Part shown: one piece after another, positions 1 to 10,800 of the stretch
Layout: every line of letters begins with the position of its first letter
How positions within the stretch are numbered: the stretch's first letter is position 1
Assembly: GCF_004010195.1 (NCBI RefSeq)
Contig: NC_057754.1
Coordinates: forward strand, 2,982,158-3,024,201
DNA from: Chiloscyllium plagiosum
Taxonomy: Eukaryota
Direction of reading: 5' to 3'
Length of the DNA: 42,044 bases
The notes under the pieces: model-generated
The model's input: only the letters and a program-made list of their open reading frames with translations
Database searches by the model: none
What the model was told of the DNA's origin: nothing
Translations under genes and position numbers: made by a program

Positions 1-4
1 GAGT

Positions 5-358
5 CAGGGAGGGAGAGTTGTGGGTGAGGTTGGAGAAAAATAGAACAGTTTTATTATCATCTCCTTGTGGGGCTCGGCAGGGTGGATCCCAGGAAGGTTT
101 TCCCATCCCACCCTCCCCAACTGCAACCCTTCCCTCTCTCCCCCACCACCAAACCCACTTCCAGGCCCTTGGGAGTTCCAAGGGAACAGGGAGGGAGAGT
201 TGTGGGTGAGGTTGGAGAAAAATAGAACAGTTTTATTATCATCTCCTTGTGGGGCTCGGCAGGGTGGATCCCAGGAAGGTTTTCCCATCCCACCCTCCCC
301 AACTGCAACCCTTCCCTCTCTCCCCCACCACCAAACCCACTTCCAGGCCCTTGGGAGT
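5..358. repeat. Tandem duplication, two identical ~172-bp copies (5-176, 187-358), period 182 bp
   Basis: Read directly: cagggagggagagttg...ccaggcccttgggagt occurs twice with no differences seen. Confidence 0.9.
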
Positions 359-629
359 CCAGATCCAAGGGAATCACATGCCCACAGTTAAGGGGTCGGC
401 CATTTTGGAATGAGGGTGTGGCGATCCTCTCCGTACCAGGATTGCCAAGGGGCTGGTCACTATCCGGTAAAAAATCCAAAGTTGAAATCCTGCCTCAGTA
501 ATTTTGACGGTCAGACCGTTTGGTTAAAATCCTACCTGGGTCACTAACACCCCTTCAGGGACGGAACTCTGCCACCCTTATCCCGTCTGGGCCTATATGT
601 GACTCCAGGCCTCACAGCCTCAGCGGGGC

Positions 630-2130
630 AGTAGGGAAATCAGGAGGGCGAAAAGGGAACATGAGAGAGCTTTGGCAAACAGGGTTGAGGAGAATCCAAA
701 GAGATTCCACAAAAATGTTAATGACAAAGAGTAACTCAAGCCCCTTAAAGATCACCAAGGCGGCCTATGTGTGGAACCGCAGGAGATGGGGGAGATACTA
801 AACAAGTATTTTGCGTCAGTATTTACTGTGGAAAAGGATATGCAAGATATCGACTGTAGGGAAATAGATGGTGACATCTTGCAAAATGTCCAACTTACAG
901 AGGAGGAGGTGCTGGATGTCTCGAAACGGTTAAAGGTGGATAAATCCCCAGGACCTGATCAGGTGTACCCGAGAACTCCGTGGGAAGCTAGAGAAATGAT
1001 TGCTGGGCCTCTTGCTGAGATATTTGTATCATTGATAGTCACAGGTGAGGTGNNNNNNNNNNNNNNNNNNNNNNNNNNNNNNNNNNNNNNNNNNNNNNNN
1101 NNNNNNNNNNNNNNNNNNNNNNNNNNNNNNNNNNNNNNNNNNNNNNNNNNNNNNNNNNNNNNNNNNNNNNNNNNNNNNNNNNNNNNNNNNNNNNNNNNNN
1201 NNNNNNNNNNNNNNNNNNNNNNNNNNNNNNNNNNNNNNNNNNNNNNNNNNNNNNNNNNNNNNNNNNNNNNNNNNNNNNNNNNNNNNNNNNNNNNNNNNNN
1301 NNNNNNNNNNNNNNNNNNNNNNNNNNNNNNNNNNNNNNNNNNNNNNNNNNNNNNNNNNNNNNNNNNNNNNNNNNNNNNNNNNNNNNNNNNNNNNNNNNNN
1401 NNNNNNNNNNNNNNNNNNNNNNNNNNNNNNNNNNNNNNNNNNNNNNNNNNNNNNNNNNNNNNNNNNNNNNNNNNNNNNNNNNNNNNNNNNNNNNNNNNNN
1501 NNNNNNNNNNNNNNNNNNNNNNNNNNNNNNNNNNNNNNNNNNNNNNNNNNNNNNNNNNNNNNNNNNNNNNNNNNNNNNNNNNNNNNNNNNNNNNNNNNNN
1601 NNNNNNNNNNNNNNNNNNNNNNNNNNNNNNNNNNNNNNNNNNNNNNNNNNNNNNNNNNNNNNNNNNNNNNNNNNNNNNNNNNNNNNNNNNNNNNNNNNNN
1701 NNNNNNNNNNNNNNNNNNNNNNNNNNNNNNNNNNNNNNNNNNNNNNNNNNNNNNNNNNNNNNNNNNNNNNNNNNNNNNNNNNNNNNNNNNNNNNNNNNNN
1801 NNNNNNNNNNNNNNNNNNNNNNNNNNNNNNNNNNNNGGGTACAACAGAGTGTTACAAGGGGACATAAATTTAAGGTGAAGGGTGGAAGATATAAGAGAGA
1901 CCTAAGGGGCAACTTTTTCACACAGAGGGTGGTACGTGTATGGAATGAGCTGCCAGAGGAAGTGGTGGAGGCTGGTACAATTACAACATTTAAGAGGCAT
2001 TTGGGTGAGTATATGAATAGGAAGGGTTTGGAGGGATATGGGCCGGGTGCTGGCAGGTGGGACTGGATAGGGTTGGGATATCTGGGTCAGCATGGACGGG
2101 TTGGGCCGAAGGGTCTGTTTCTGTGCTGCG
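630..2130 (+). mobile_element. CR1-clade LINE ORF2 fragment(s) spanning an N-gap, ending in the CR1 3'UTR
   Basis: EPQEMGEILNKYFASVFT..DKSPGPDQVYPR before the gap; TRGHKFKVKGGRYKRDLRGNFFTQRVVRVWNELP and the ggccgaagggtctgtttc tail after it. Confidence 0.88.
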
Positions 2131-2680
2131 TGCCCTCTGGAAGGTTGGTGGCCCCGGATTCACCGGGGAATAAAGGGTGGGAGCAGAGGGGCTGCTCCCA
2201 GTTCAGGAAGGCGGGGTCCTCGCTTGCCTCCTCAAGGGGCAATTAGGGACAGAGCGGGAACGGCTCGCACTCAACCCACAACGGGAGACGAGGAGGATAG
2301 GCCTCTCTCGAGGCCTCGGTCTGTGTGAGGGGAGTGGCCCAATCCCGGGGACAGGGGAGGGGGAGGAAGGGAACAATCCCAGACGGAGAATCTGTGAGGT
2401 TGTAGGCCGGGGGAGGGGAAGTAGAAATACGTCCCCCCCCCCCACCTCCCCCACCTCACAGAGCTGTTGAGGTCAGGAACAGTCCGATCCCAGCAACAAC
2501 GGATGTTGGGCAGGGAATGCTGACAGGAAAGAGCTGGGGGTACCCAGCATGGTGTGTGAGGGTACGAATGGCCTCCCCTAGTACTACAGGTCCTTCGGTC
2601 CCCAGATGGGGGGAAGGGGGCGGCGGCATAAGCATCTTATCCTGGGATTTTCCGGTCTGTCCCCGGGAAGCTTTATTTAC

Positions 2681-2782
2681 CTTGATCCTGTACATACTGG
2701 CTTCGATTTTCAGCTGCTCCACCAGTTTCCGGGCCTGGGCAATGCTCATCGTGGTGTTCACTGGTGTATCCCCTTTCGGCAT
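2681..2782 (-). CDS. GNG3: G protein gamma-3 subunit, first coding exon (MPKGDTPVNTTMSIAQARKLVEQLKIEASMYRIK); second coding exon not visible
   Basis: Close to human GNG3 N-terminus as I recall it (MKGETPVNSTMSIGQARKMVEQLKIEASLCRIK). Phase-0 donor AAG|gtaaat at 2680. Acceptor (ct)n..cccag|GAGAATG at 2787, so the upstream ATG at 2794 is intronic. Confidence 0.88.
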
Positions 2783-3630
2783 TCTCCTGGGCATCAGACA
2801 GAGAGAGAGAGAGAGAGNNNNNNNNNNNNNNNNNNNNNNNNNNNNNNNNNNNNNNNNNNNNNNNNNNNNNNNNNNNNNNNNNNNNNNNNNNNNNNNNNNN
2901 NNNNNNNNNNNNNNNNNNNNNNNNNNNNNNNNNNNNNNNNNNNNNNNNNNNNNNNNNNNNNNNNNNNNNNNNNNNNNNNNNNNNNNNNNNNNNNNNNNNN
3001 NNNNNNNNNNNNNNNNNNNNNNNNNNNNNNNNNNNNNNNNNNNNNNNNNNNNNNNNNNNNNNNNNNNNNNNNNNNNNNNNNNNNNNNNNNNNNNNNNNNN
3101 NNNNNNNNNNNNNNNNNNNNNNNNNNNNNNNNNNNNNNNNNNNNNNNNNNNNNNNNNNNNNNNNNNNNNNNNNNNNNNNNNNNNNNNNNNNNNNNNNNNN
3201 NNNNNNNNNNNNNNNNNNNNNNNNNNNNNNNNNNNNNNNNNNNNNNNNNNNNNNNNNNNNNNNNNNNNNNNNNNNNNNNNNNNNNNNNNNNNNNNNNNNN
3301 NNNNNNNNNNNNNNNNNNNNNNNNNNNNNNNNNNNNNNNNNNNNNNNNNNNNNNNNNNNNNNNNNNNNNNNNNNNNNNNNNNNNNNNNNNNNNNNNNNNN
3401 NNNNNNNNNNNNNNNNNNNNNNNNNNNNNNNNNNNNNNNNNNNNNNNNNNNNNNNNNNNNNNNNNNNNNNNNNNNNNNNNNNNNNNNNNNNNNNNNNNNN
3501 NNNNNNNNNNNNNNNNNNNNNNNNNNNNNNNNNNNNNNNNNNNNNNNNNNNNNNNNNNNNNNNNNNNNNNNNNNNNNNNNNNNNNNNNNNNNNNNNNNNN
3601 NNNNNNNNNNNNNNNNNNNNNNNNNNNNNN

Positions 3631-3840
3631 TTCCCCTCTCACCCTAAACCTATGCCCCTCTAGTTCTGGACTCCCCCACCCCAGGGAAAAGACTTTGTCT
3701 ATTTATCCTATCCATGACCCTCATGATTTTGTAAACCTCTATAAGGTCACCCCCTCAGCCTCCGACGCTCCAGGGGAAAACAGCCCCGGCCTGTTCAGCC
3801 TCCCCCTGTCGCTCAGACCCTCCAACATCCTGGTAAATTC
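3631..3840 (-). mobile_element. CR1 LINE 3' ORF2 fragment
   Basis: Same sequence family as 22390-22600 (cccctctcaccctaaacctatgcccctctagttctggac...). Confidence 0.85.
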
Positions 3841-3879
3841 ATGTTTCACAGCATCCTTCCTTTGGTGGGGAGGCAAGAA

Positions 3880-4090
3880 TTATCGAGAAGGACAAGGGGC
3901 AGCAGATACATGGGAACACCACCCCTCGCAGGTTCCCCTCCGATCCCCTCGCCGTCCCGACTTGGGAAATATATCAGCCGTAGCTTCAGTGTCGTTGGGT
4001 CAGCATCCTGGGGTTCTGTCCCTGAGGGACATTGTGTGGGGATCCCTACACCACACGGACTGTGGTTCAAGAAGACAGTTCACCACTTGG
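3880..4090 (+). mobile_element. Old LINE (CR1/L2-like) 3' fragment
   Basis: gcagatacatgggaacaccacc...gacttgggaaatatatcagccg...ggttcaagaagacagttcaccac resembles a common shark LINE 3' end; a related tail is at ~2200-2250. Confidence 0.55.
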
Positions 4091-4589
4091 GGGGGGGGGG
4101 GGGCAAGTAGGGACCAGACAGTGACCCCTCCACCTTCCCCCAATTTGAAAGAAAGTGATCCAGATCTGTGCCTATCCAGTCTGACTCAGTATTGACTATT
4201 CGCCCACAGTAGGCTTGACAGTCAAGTTTCCTCGTCACCCGTTGACCTACTTCCCATGATGCACTGGACCTCTCCGGTTCCCCATCCCCCGCCCACCCCC
4301 AACATCACCCTCCCAAATAAACCCTGGGGCCTCCGATGGCAGATGTAGGCCTGAAGTCACGTTGGGACAGCAGGAGGCCATTCTTCTGACTGGCATTGTT
4401 TTGACCACCTTCCTGATTCTCGACCGCCTTTCTCCCGTGAGTAAATGACCGCCTCATCTCTGAAATGATTGCGCAGAAATGATGTCCACTGTAGGCCATT
4501 CGGCCCTCCTAACCATGCGGGTGCCAAGCTGTAAGGTCACGGCCAGTCGGATTTCTCTACCTTCCCATGATCAGCCTCACCCTCTCACT

Positions 4590-5135
4590 TTGAGTCGTAG
4601 AGTCATCCAGCACGGAAACAGACCCTTCGGCCCAACCAGTCCATGCTGACCATCATCCCAAACTAAACTAGGTTGGGATATCAGGTCGACATGGACGGGT
4701 TGGACCGAAGGGTCTGTTTCCGTGCTGTACATCTCTATGACTCTATGGTCAGCATGGAGGAGTTGGGCCGAAGGGTCTGTTTTCGTGCTGTACCTCTCTA
4801 TGACTCTGTGACCTGCCTGCTCCTGGCCCATATCCCTCCAAACCCTTTCCTGTTCATATCCTTATCCAAACATCTTTTAAACATTGCAACTGCATCCACC
4901 ACTTCCTCAGGAAGTTCTTTCCACACAAGCACCACCCTCTGTGTAAAAAGGTTGCCCCCGCGTCTTTTTTAAATCTCTCTCCTCTCACCTTAAAAATGTG
5001 TCTTGAAATCTCCCCACCCTGGGGAACAGATACCTCCCGTTAACCCCGACTATATCCCTCATTATTTTATAAACCTCAAACGGTCACCTCTCAACCTCCT
5101 ACACTCCGGTGAAAACAGTCCCGGCCTATCCAGCC
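4590..5135 (-). mobile_element. CR1 3' fragment (minus) interrupted at ~4671-4811 by two tandem plus-strand CR1 3' tails
   Basis: gagtcgtagagtcatccagcacggaaacagaccc... on minus; inserted ...gtacatctctatgactctatg tails on plus. Confidence 0.8.
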
Positions 5136-5635
5136 NNNNNNNNNNNNNNNNNNNNNNNNNNNNNNNNNNNNNNNNNNNNNNNNNNNNNNNNNNNNNNNNN
5201 NNNNNNNNNNNNNNNNNNNNNNNNNNNNNNNNNNNNNNNNNNNNNNNNNNNNNNNNNNNNNNNNNNNNNNNNNNNNNNNNNNNNNNNNNNNNNNNNNNNN
5301 NNNNNNNNNNNNNNNNNNNNNNNNNNNNNNNNNNNNNNNNNNNNNNNNNNNNNNNNNNNNNNNNNNNNNNNNNNNNNNNNNNNNNNNNNNNNNNNNNNNN
5401 NNNNNNNNNNNNNNNNNNNNNNNNNNNNNNNNNNNNNNNNNNNNNNNNNNNNNNNNNNNNNNNNNNNNNNNNNNNNNNNNNNNNNNNNNNNNNNNNNNNN
5501 NNNNNNNNNNNNNNNNNNNNNNNNNNNNNNNNNNNNNNNNNNNNNNNNNNNNNNNNNNNNNNNNNNNNNNNNNNNNNNNNNNNNNNNNNNNNNNNNNNNN
5601 NNNNNNNNNNNNNNNNNNNNNNNNNNNNNNNNNNN

Positions 5636-7850
5636 AGTCTCAAAGGCCCAGAGGTGAAAGGTGAACACAATATTGACCTCCCCTCTACCGATATAAAGGG
5701 TGACATCAAAGGACCCAAGGTGGATATAGATGTTCCTGAGGCTGATATTAAGGGACCCAGTGGATCATTCCACATGCCCAAATTCAAAATGCCCAAGTTT
5801 GGATTCGGTAGTGGTAAAGTAGAAGGCCCCGATGTCAATATTGATGCAAATCTTCCAGCTGGAGATGTCAGTCTAAGTGGTCCAAAGATAGAAGGTGATA
5901 TTGATGTACCTGACGTAGATCTAGATGTTGGTGGAGGCTCTGGTAAAATCAAAGGCCCAAAACTTAAAATGCCAGATTTCAATATATCAGGACCCAAATT
6001 TGAAAAGCCAGATTGGAATTTGAAATTCAAGGGCCCAAAGGCCACAGCAGATGTCGATGTCCCAGATGTTAATCTAGAGGGTGATCCCAAAGGCCCAGAT
6101 GTCAACATTAAAGGTCCTAAAGTTGATATTGAAGGACCCGAGGCCAAAGGAAGTGGTTTCAATATTTCAATGCCTTCCATGTCATTGCCCAAGATCAAGG
6201 TTCCTGACTTTGATTTGAGTGTCAAAGGCCCAGAGGTGAAAGGTGAACATGATATTAACCTCCCCTCTGCTGATATAAAGGGTGACATCAAAGGGCCCAA
6301 GGTGGATATAGATGTTCCTGAGGCTGATATCAAGGGTCCCAGTGGATCATTCCACATGCCCAAATTCAAAATGCCCAAGTTTGGATTCGGTGGTGGTAAA
6401 GTAGAGGGCCCCGATGTCAATATTGATGCAAATCTTCCAGCTGCAGATGTCAGTCTAACTGGTCCAAAGATAGAAGGTGATATTGATGTACCTGACGTAG
6501 ATCTAGATGTTGGTGGAGGCTCTGGTAAAATCAAAGGCCCAAAACTTAAAATGCCAGATTTCAATATATCAGGACCCAAGTTTGAAAAGCCAGATTGGAA
6601 TTTGAAATTCAAGGGCCCAAAGGCCACAGCAGATGTCGATGTCCCAGATGTTAATCTAGAGGGTGATCTCAAAGGCCCAGATGTCAACATTAAAGGGCCT
6701 AAAGTTGATATTGAGGGACCTGATGCCAAGGGAAGTGGTTTCAATATTTCAATGCCTTCTATGTCATTGCCCAAGGTCAAGGTTCCTGACTTTGATTTGA
6801 GTCTCAAAGGCCCAGAGGTGAAAGGTGAATACGATATTGACCTCCCCTCTGCTGATATAAAGGGTGACATCAAAGGACCCAAGGTGGATATAGATGTTCC
6901 TGAGGCTGATATTAAGGGTCCCAGTGGATCATTCCACATGCCCAAATTCAAAATGCCCAAGTTTGGATTCGGTAGTGGTAAAGTAGAGGGCCCCGATGTC
7001 AATATTGATGCAAATCTTCCAGCTGCAGATGTCAGTCTAACTGGTCCAAAGATAGAAGGTGATATTGATGTGCCTGACGTAGATCTAGATGTTGGTGGAG
7101 GCTCTGGTAAAATCAAAGGCCCAAAACTTAAAATGCCAGATTTCAATATATCAGGACCCAAGTTTGCAAAGCCAGATTGGAATTTGAAATTCAGGGGCCC
7201 AAAGGCCGGAGCAGATGTCGATGTCCCAGATGTTAATCTCGAGGGTGATCTCAAAGGCCCAGATGTCAATATTAAAGGTCCTAAAGTTGATATTGAGGGA
7301 CCCGAGGCCAAAGGAAGTGGTTTCAATATTTCAATGCCTTCCATGTCATTGCCCAAGATCAAGGTTCCTGACTTTGATTTGAGTCTCAAAGGCCCAGACG
7401 TGAAAGGTGAACACGACATTGACCTCCCCTCTTCCAATATAAAGGGTGATATCAAAGGTCCCAGGGTGGATATAGATGTTCCTGAGGCTAATATTAAAGG
7501 TCCAAGTGCGAAATTCCACATGCCCAAAATCAGAATGCCAAAATTCGGGTTTAGTGGAGGGAAAGGAGAAGGGCCTGATATGAATATTGATGCTCATCTT
7601 CCTGAGGCAGATGTGGATCTCACAGGACCAACAATGGAAGGTGATTTAAAAATGCCAGATGTAGATCTGGGCATTGACGGTGGTTCTGGTCAAACCAAAG
7701 GCCCTAAATTCAAATTACCAGGTTTCAAAATTTCTGGTCCGAAGGTCCCAAAGCCAGATTTTGACCTGGAATTGAAAGGTCCAAAACTGTCAGGCGATGT
7801 GGATGTCCCTGATGTTAATTTGGCTGGTGACATCAAAGGCCCGAAGATTA
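5636..7850 (+). repeat. AHNAK internal coding tandem repeat, 582 bp/194 aa; three near-identical copies plus a diverged fourth
   Basis: Unit starts (agt-ctc/gtc-aaaggccca) at 5636, 6218, 6800 and 7382. Confidence 0.93.
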
Positions 7851-10800
7851 AAAAACCTGGAATCAGCATCTCTGCTCCAAAGGTCCCAAAGCCTCATTTA
7901 GACTTGGAACTTAAAGGCCCAAAAGTCTCCGGGGATTTGGATGTCCCTGCTATTAATATGGAGGGTGACATCAAAGGCACCAAATTAGATATCGACGGGC
8001 CGAATGTTAAAGAAACTGGGGCAAAATTTTCAATGCCTTCAATACATTTGCCGCATATAACAGCTCCCAACATTGATTTGAGTTTCAAAGGCCCAAAATT
8101 AAGGGGTGATCAGACAAGTGACATCTCTTCACCCAGTATAGAGGGAGAAATTAAAGGTCCAAAGATTGATGTAGAGACTCCAGACATTGACTTGGACGGT
8201 GCACACGGACAGTTCCAAATGCCAAAAATTAATATGCCCACATTTAAGATGGGTGGACCCAAACTGAAAGGACCTGAAGTGGACATTAAAGCCAATGTTC
8301 CTGAGACAGATGTTACTATATCAGGACCAAAGATAAAAGGTGGGGTTGAAGTTCCTGACGTAGATATGGATGTTGATGGTAAAATTAAAGGTCCTGGATT
8401 TCAAATGCCAGGCATTAACATCTCTTTACCCAAAATTAAAGCTCCTAATTTTGATTTTGGGTTTAAGGGTCCTGAACTGTCAGGTGGTCATGGTGCTGCT
8501 GCTGACATTAACATGGAGGGTGACATTAAAGGTTCAGGTTTTGATATCCAAGGTCCCAAAGTAAATATTAAGGCACCTGAGATGAAAATTGAGGGTCCTG
8601 ATGTGAAAGGAAATGAGGGCAAGGTTTCACTGCCCTCCATGGGTATTTCAGCTCCCAATATAACCTCCCCAGACATGCATTTTGACTTGAAAGGCCCCAA
8701 ACTGGAAGGTACAGCTGATATTAAGTCTCCAAGTTTAGGTGTTGATGTTAGTGCACCTGAGATGGATACAGATGGTCAAAGTGCACATCTGAAACTGCCA
8801 AAAATGAAGAAGCCAAAGTTTGGATTTGGAATTAAAGGACCACAAGGTGACATAAATGCTCCATCTCTGGACATTTCTGGTTCTGACATAGATTTGAATG
8901 TTGATTCGCCAGACCTGAACATAAGTACCAAAGGGAAAAAAGGCAAGTTTAAGATGCCCAAATTCAATATCAAATCAAAGAAACCTGCAGGAGATGTAAA
9001 GGTAACCACTCCAACGAGTGAACTTGATTTATCCAAGCCAGAAGCAGGTATTAAGTCGCCAAATCTAAGTGTAACACTTGGATCATCCGATGGACAACTG
9101 AACATCAAGCATCCAAAAGTAAAGAAACAACGATTTGGAAAAATGGGCAAATTGACATTTCCAGATGTTGAATTTGATCTGGCATCATCAAAAGCTAAAG
9201 GTGAACTACCTAGTTCAAAGATTGAAGGAGACTTACAAGCACCTAGTATTGATGTTTCATCTTTGGACATGAAAGGTCCACATGTTGACATCAGAGCACC
9301 GGGAGTTGATGTCAATACTGATGTTGCCTTGGAAGGACATGGTTTCAAAGCTAAGGGCACAAAATTAAAATTGCCTTCACTAAACATCAAATCACCCAAA
9401 ATGTCTGATCCAAATTTGGATATTAATTTAAAGGACGCAAATCTGAAAGGTGAAGTATCAGGAGATGTAAAAGGACCAACGATTGACATAAAGAGACCCG
9501 AAATAGATTTTGATGTTGAAGCTCCAAATGTTGATATTGAAAAACCAGAAAGTAAATTAAAAATGAAAATTAAGAAACCAAAGCTTAATATTTCAGGCCC
9601 CAAATTCAAAGGTTCAGGTGTGGACATGAATGTTAGTATACCAAAATTAGACACTGGAATTAAAGGACCTGAGGTTAACATTGATGCACCCAGTGTTGAG
9701 CTTCAACCCAACATCTCTGATCCAGATCTACACTTGAAAGGATCAAGTCTTAAGTCACCAGATGGTCATTTTGAGAGTACAGAAGGAAAGCTGAGCATGC
9801 CTGCAATTAACATTTCTGGTACTAAATTGCAAGGTCCTGATATGAATCTTGACACAAATGCACTGAAGATAGGAGGTGATCTTAAGACACCAGGTGTAGA
9901 TGTCAATCTTGAAACATCTGATGTGAACATAAATGCTGATGGTAAATTCAAAGGGCCCAAAATTGCAATACCATCAGTTGATATCTCAGCACCTAAAATG
10001 GACTTAGATTCAAAGCATCCACAGATAAAAGGAGATGTCAATATTTCCAGCCCAAATATCAAAGGAAACTTTAGAGGACCAGGTGTGGATGTAAAAGGTC
10101 CTAATATCGATGTTTGTGGTGCTGATATTGACATTAAAGGGGGAGAAGGAAAGCTAAAGATGCCTCAGATCAATCTTCCAAAAGCTGATATAAACCTTGC
10201 AGAGCAGAAGGTAAAAGGGATCTCTGCCTCTGATTTTGGTGTTAATGTGAAGGGCCCTAAATTAGAAGGAAGTTTGGACACTGACATAAAATGCCCTGAA
10301 TTGGACATTAAGGGGCCAAATGTGAAAATGGATACATCAAATATTAACATTGCTAGTTTAAAAGGAAAAGGTTCCAGTGTTGATATTAATGTGCCAAAAG
10401 CTAACGTAGAATTTTCTGGACCAAAGTTTGAGCAAGATATGAAGGGAGATATAAATGTTGCTGTACCAGATGTGAACTTAAGTGCTAAATTAAAGAGCCC
10501 TGAAGTAAAACTGCCATCAGCCGATGTGAAATTTGATGCAAAAGGCCCGACAATCAAAGGTGATGTTAATGCTTCCAGTTCCAAAATTGACCTGAAAAGT
10601 CCAGAGCTTGATGTCAAAGCTACGGACATAAGTGCAGATATTAAAGCAGCAATAGCTGATCTTGATGTTCCATTGGATAAAATGACAATACCTAAATTCA
10701 AACGTTCTCAATTTCAAATAAAAGGGCCAAATGTAGAATCACATCAAATGGCAACAGGTGTCAGTTCTTCAGGTGTACAAGGTCCAAGTGTCGAAATTAA

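Noticed and set aside
4250..4267. ZNF143/Staf-like motif ttcccatgatgcactgg as the GNG3 promoter
   Set aside because: Single motif, separated from the exon by a gap, with no supporting TSS evidence
771..5668. Long ORFs full of X, including the 5003 start of the 2149-aa ORF
   Set aside because: Artefacts of translating through N-gaps; 5003-5135 is antisense CR1, not AHNAK
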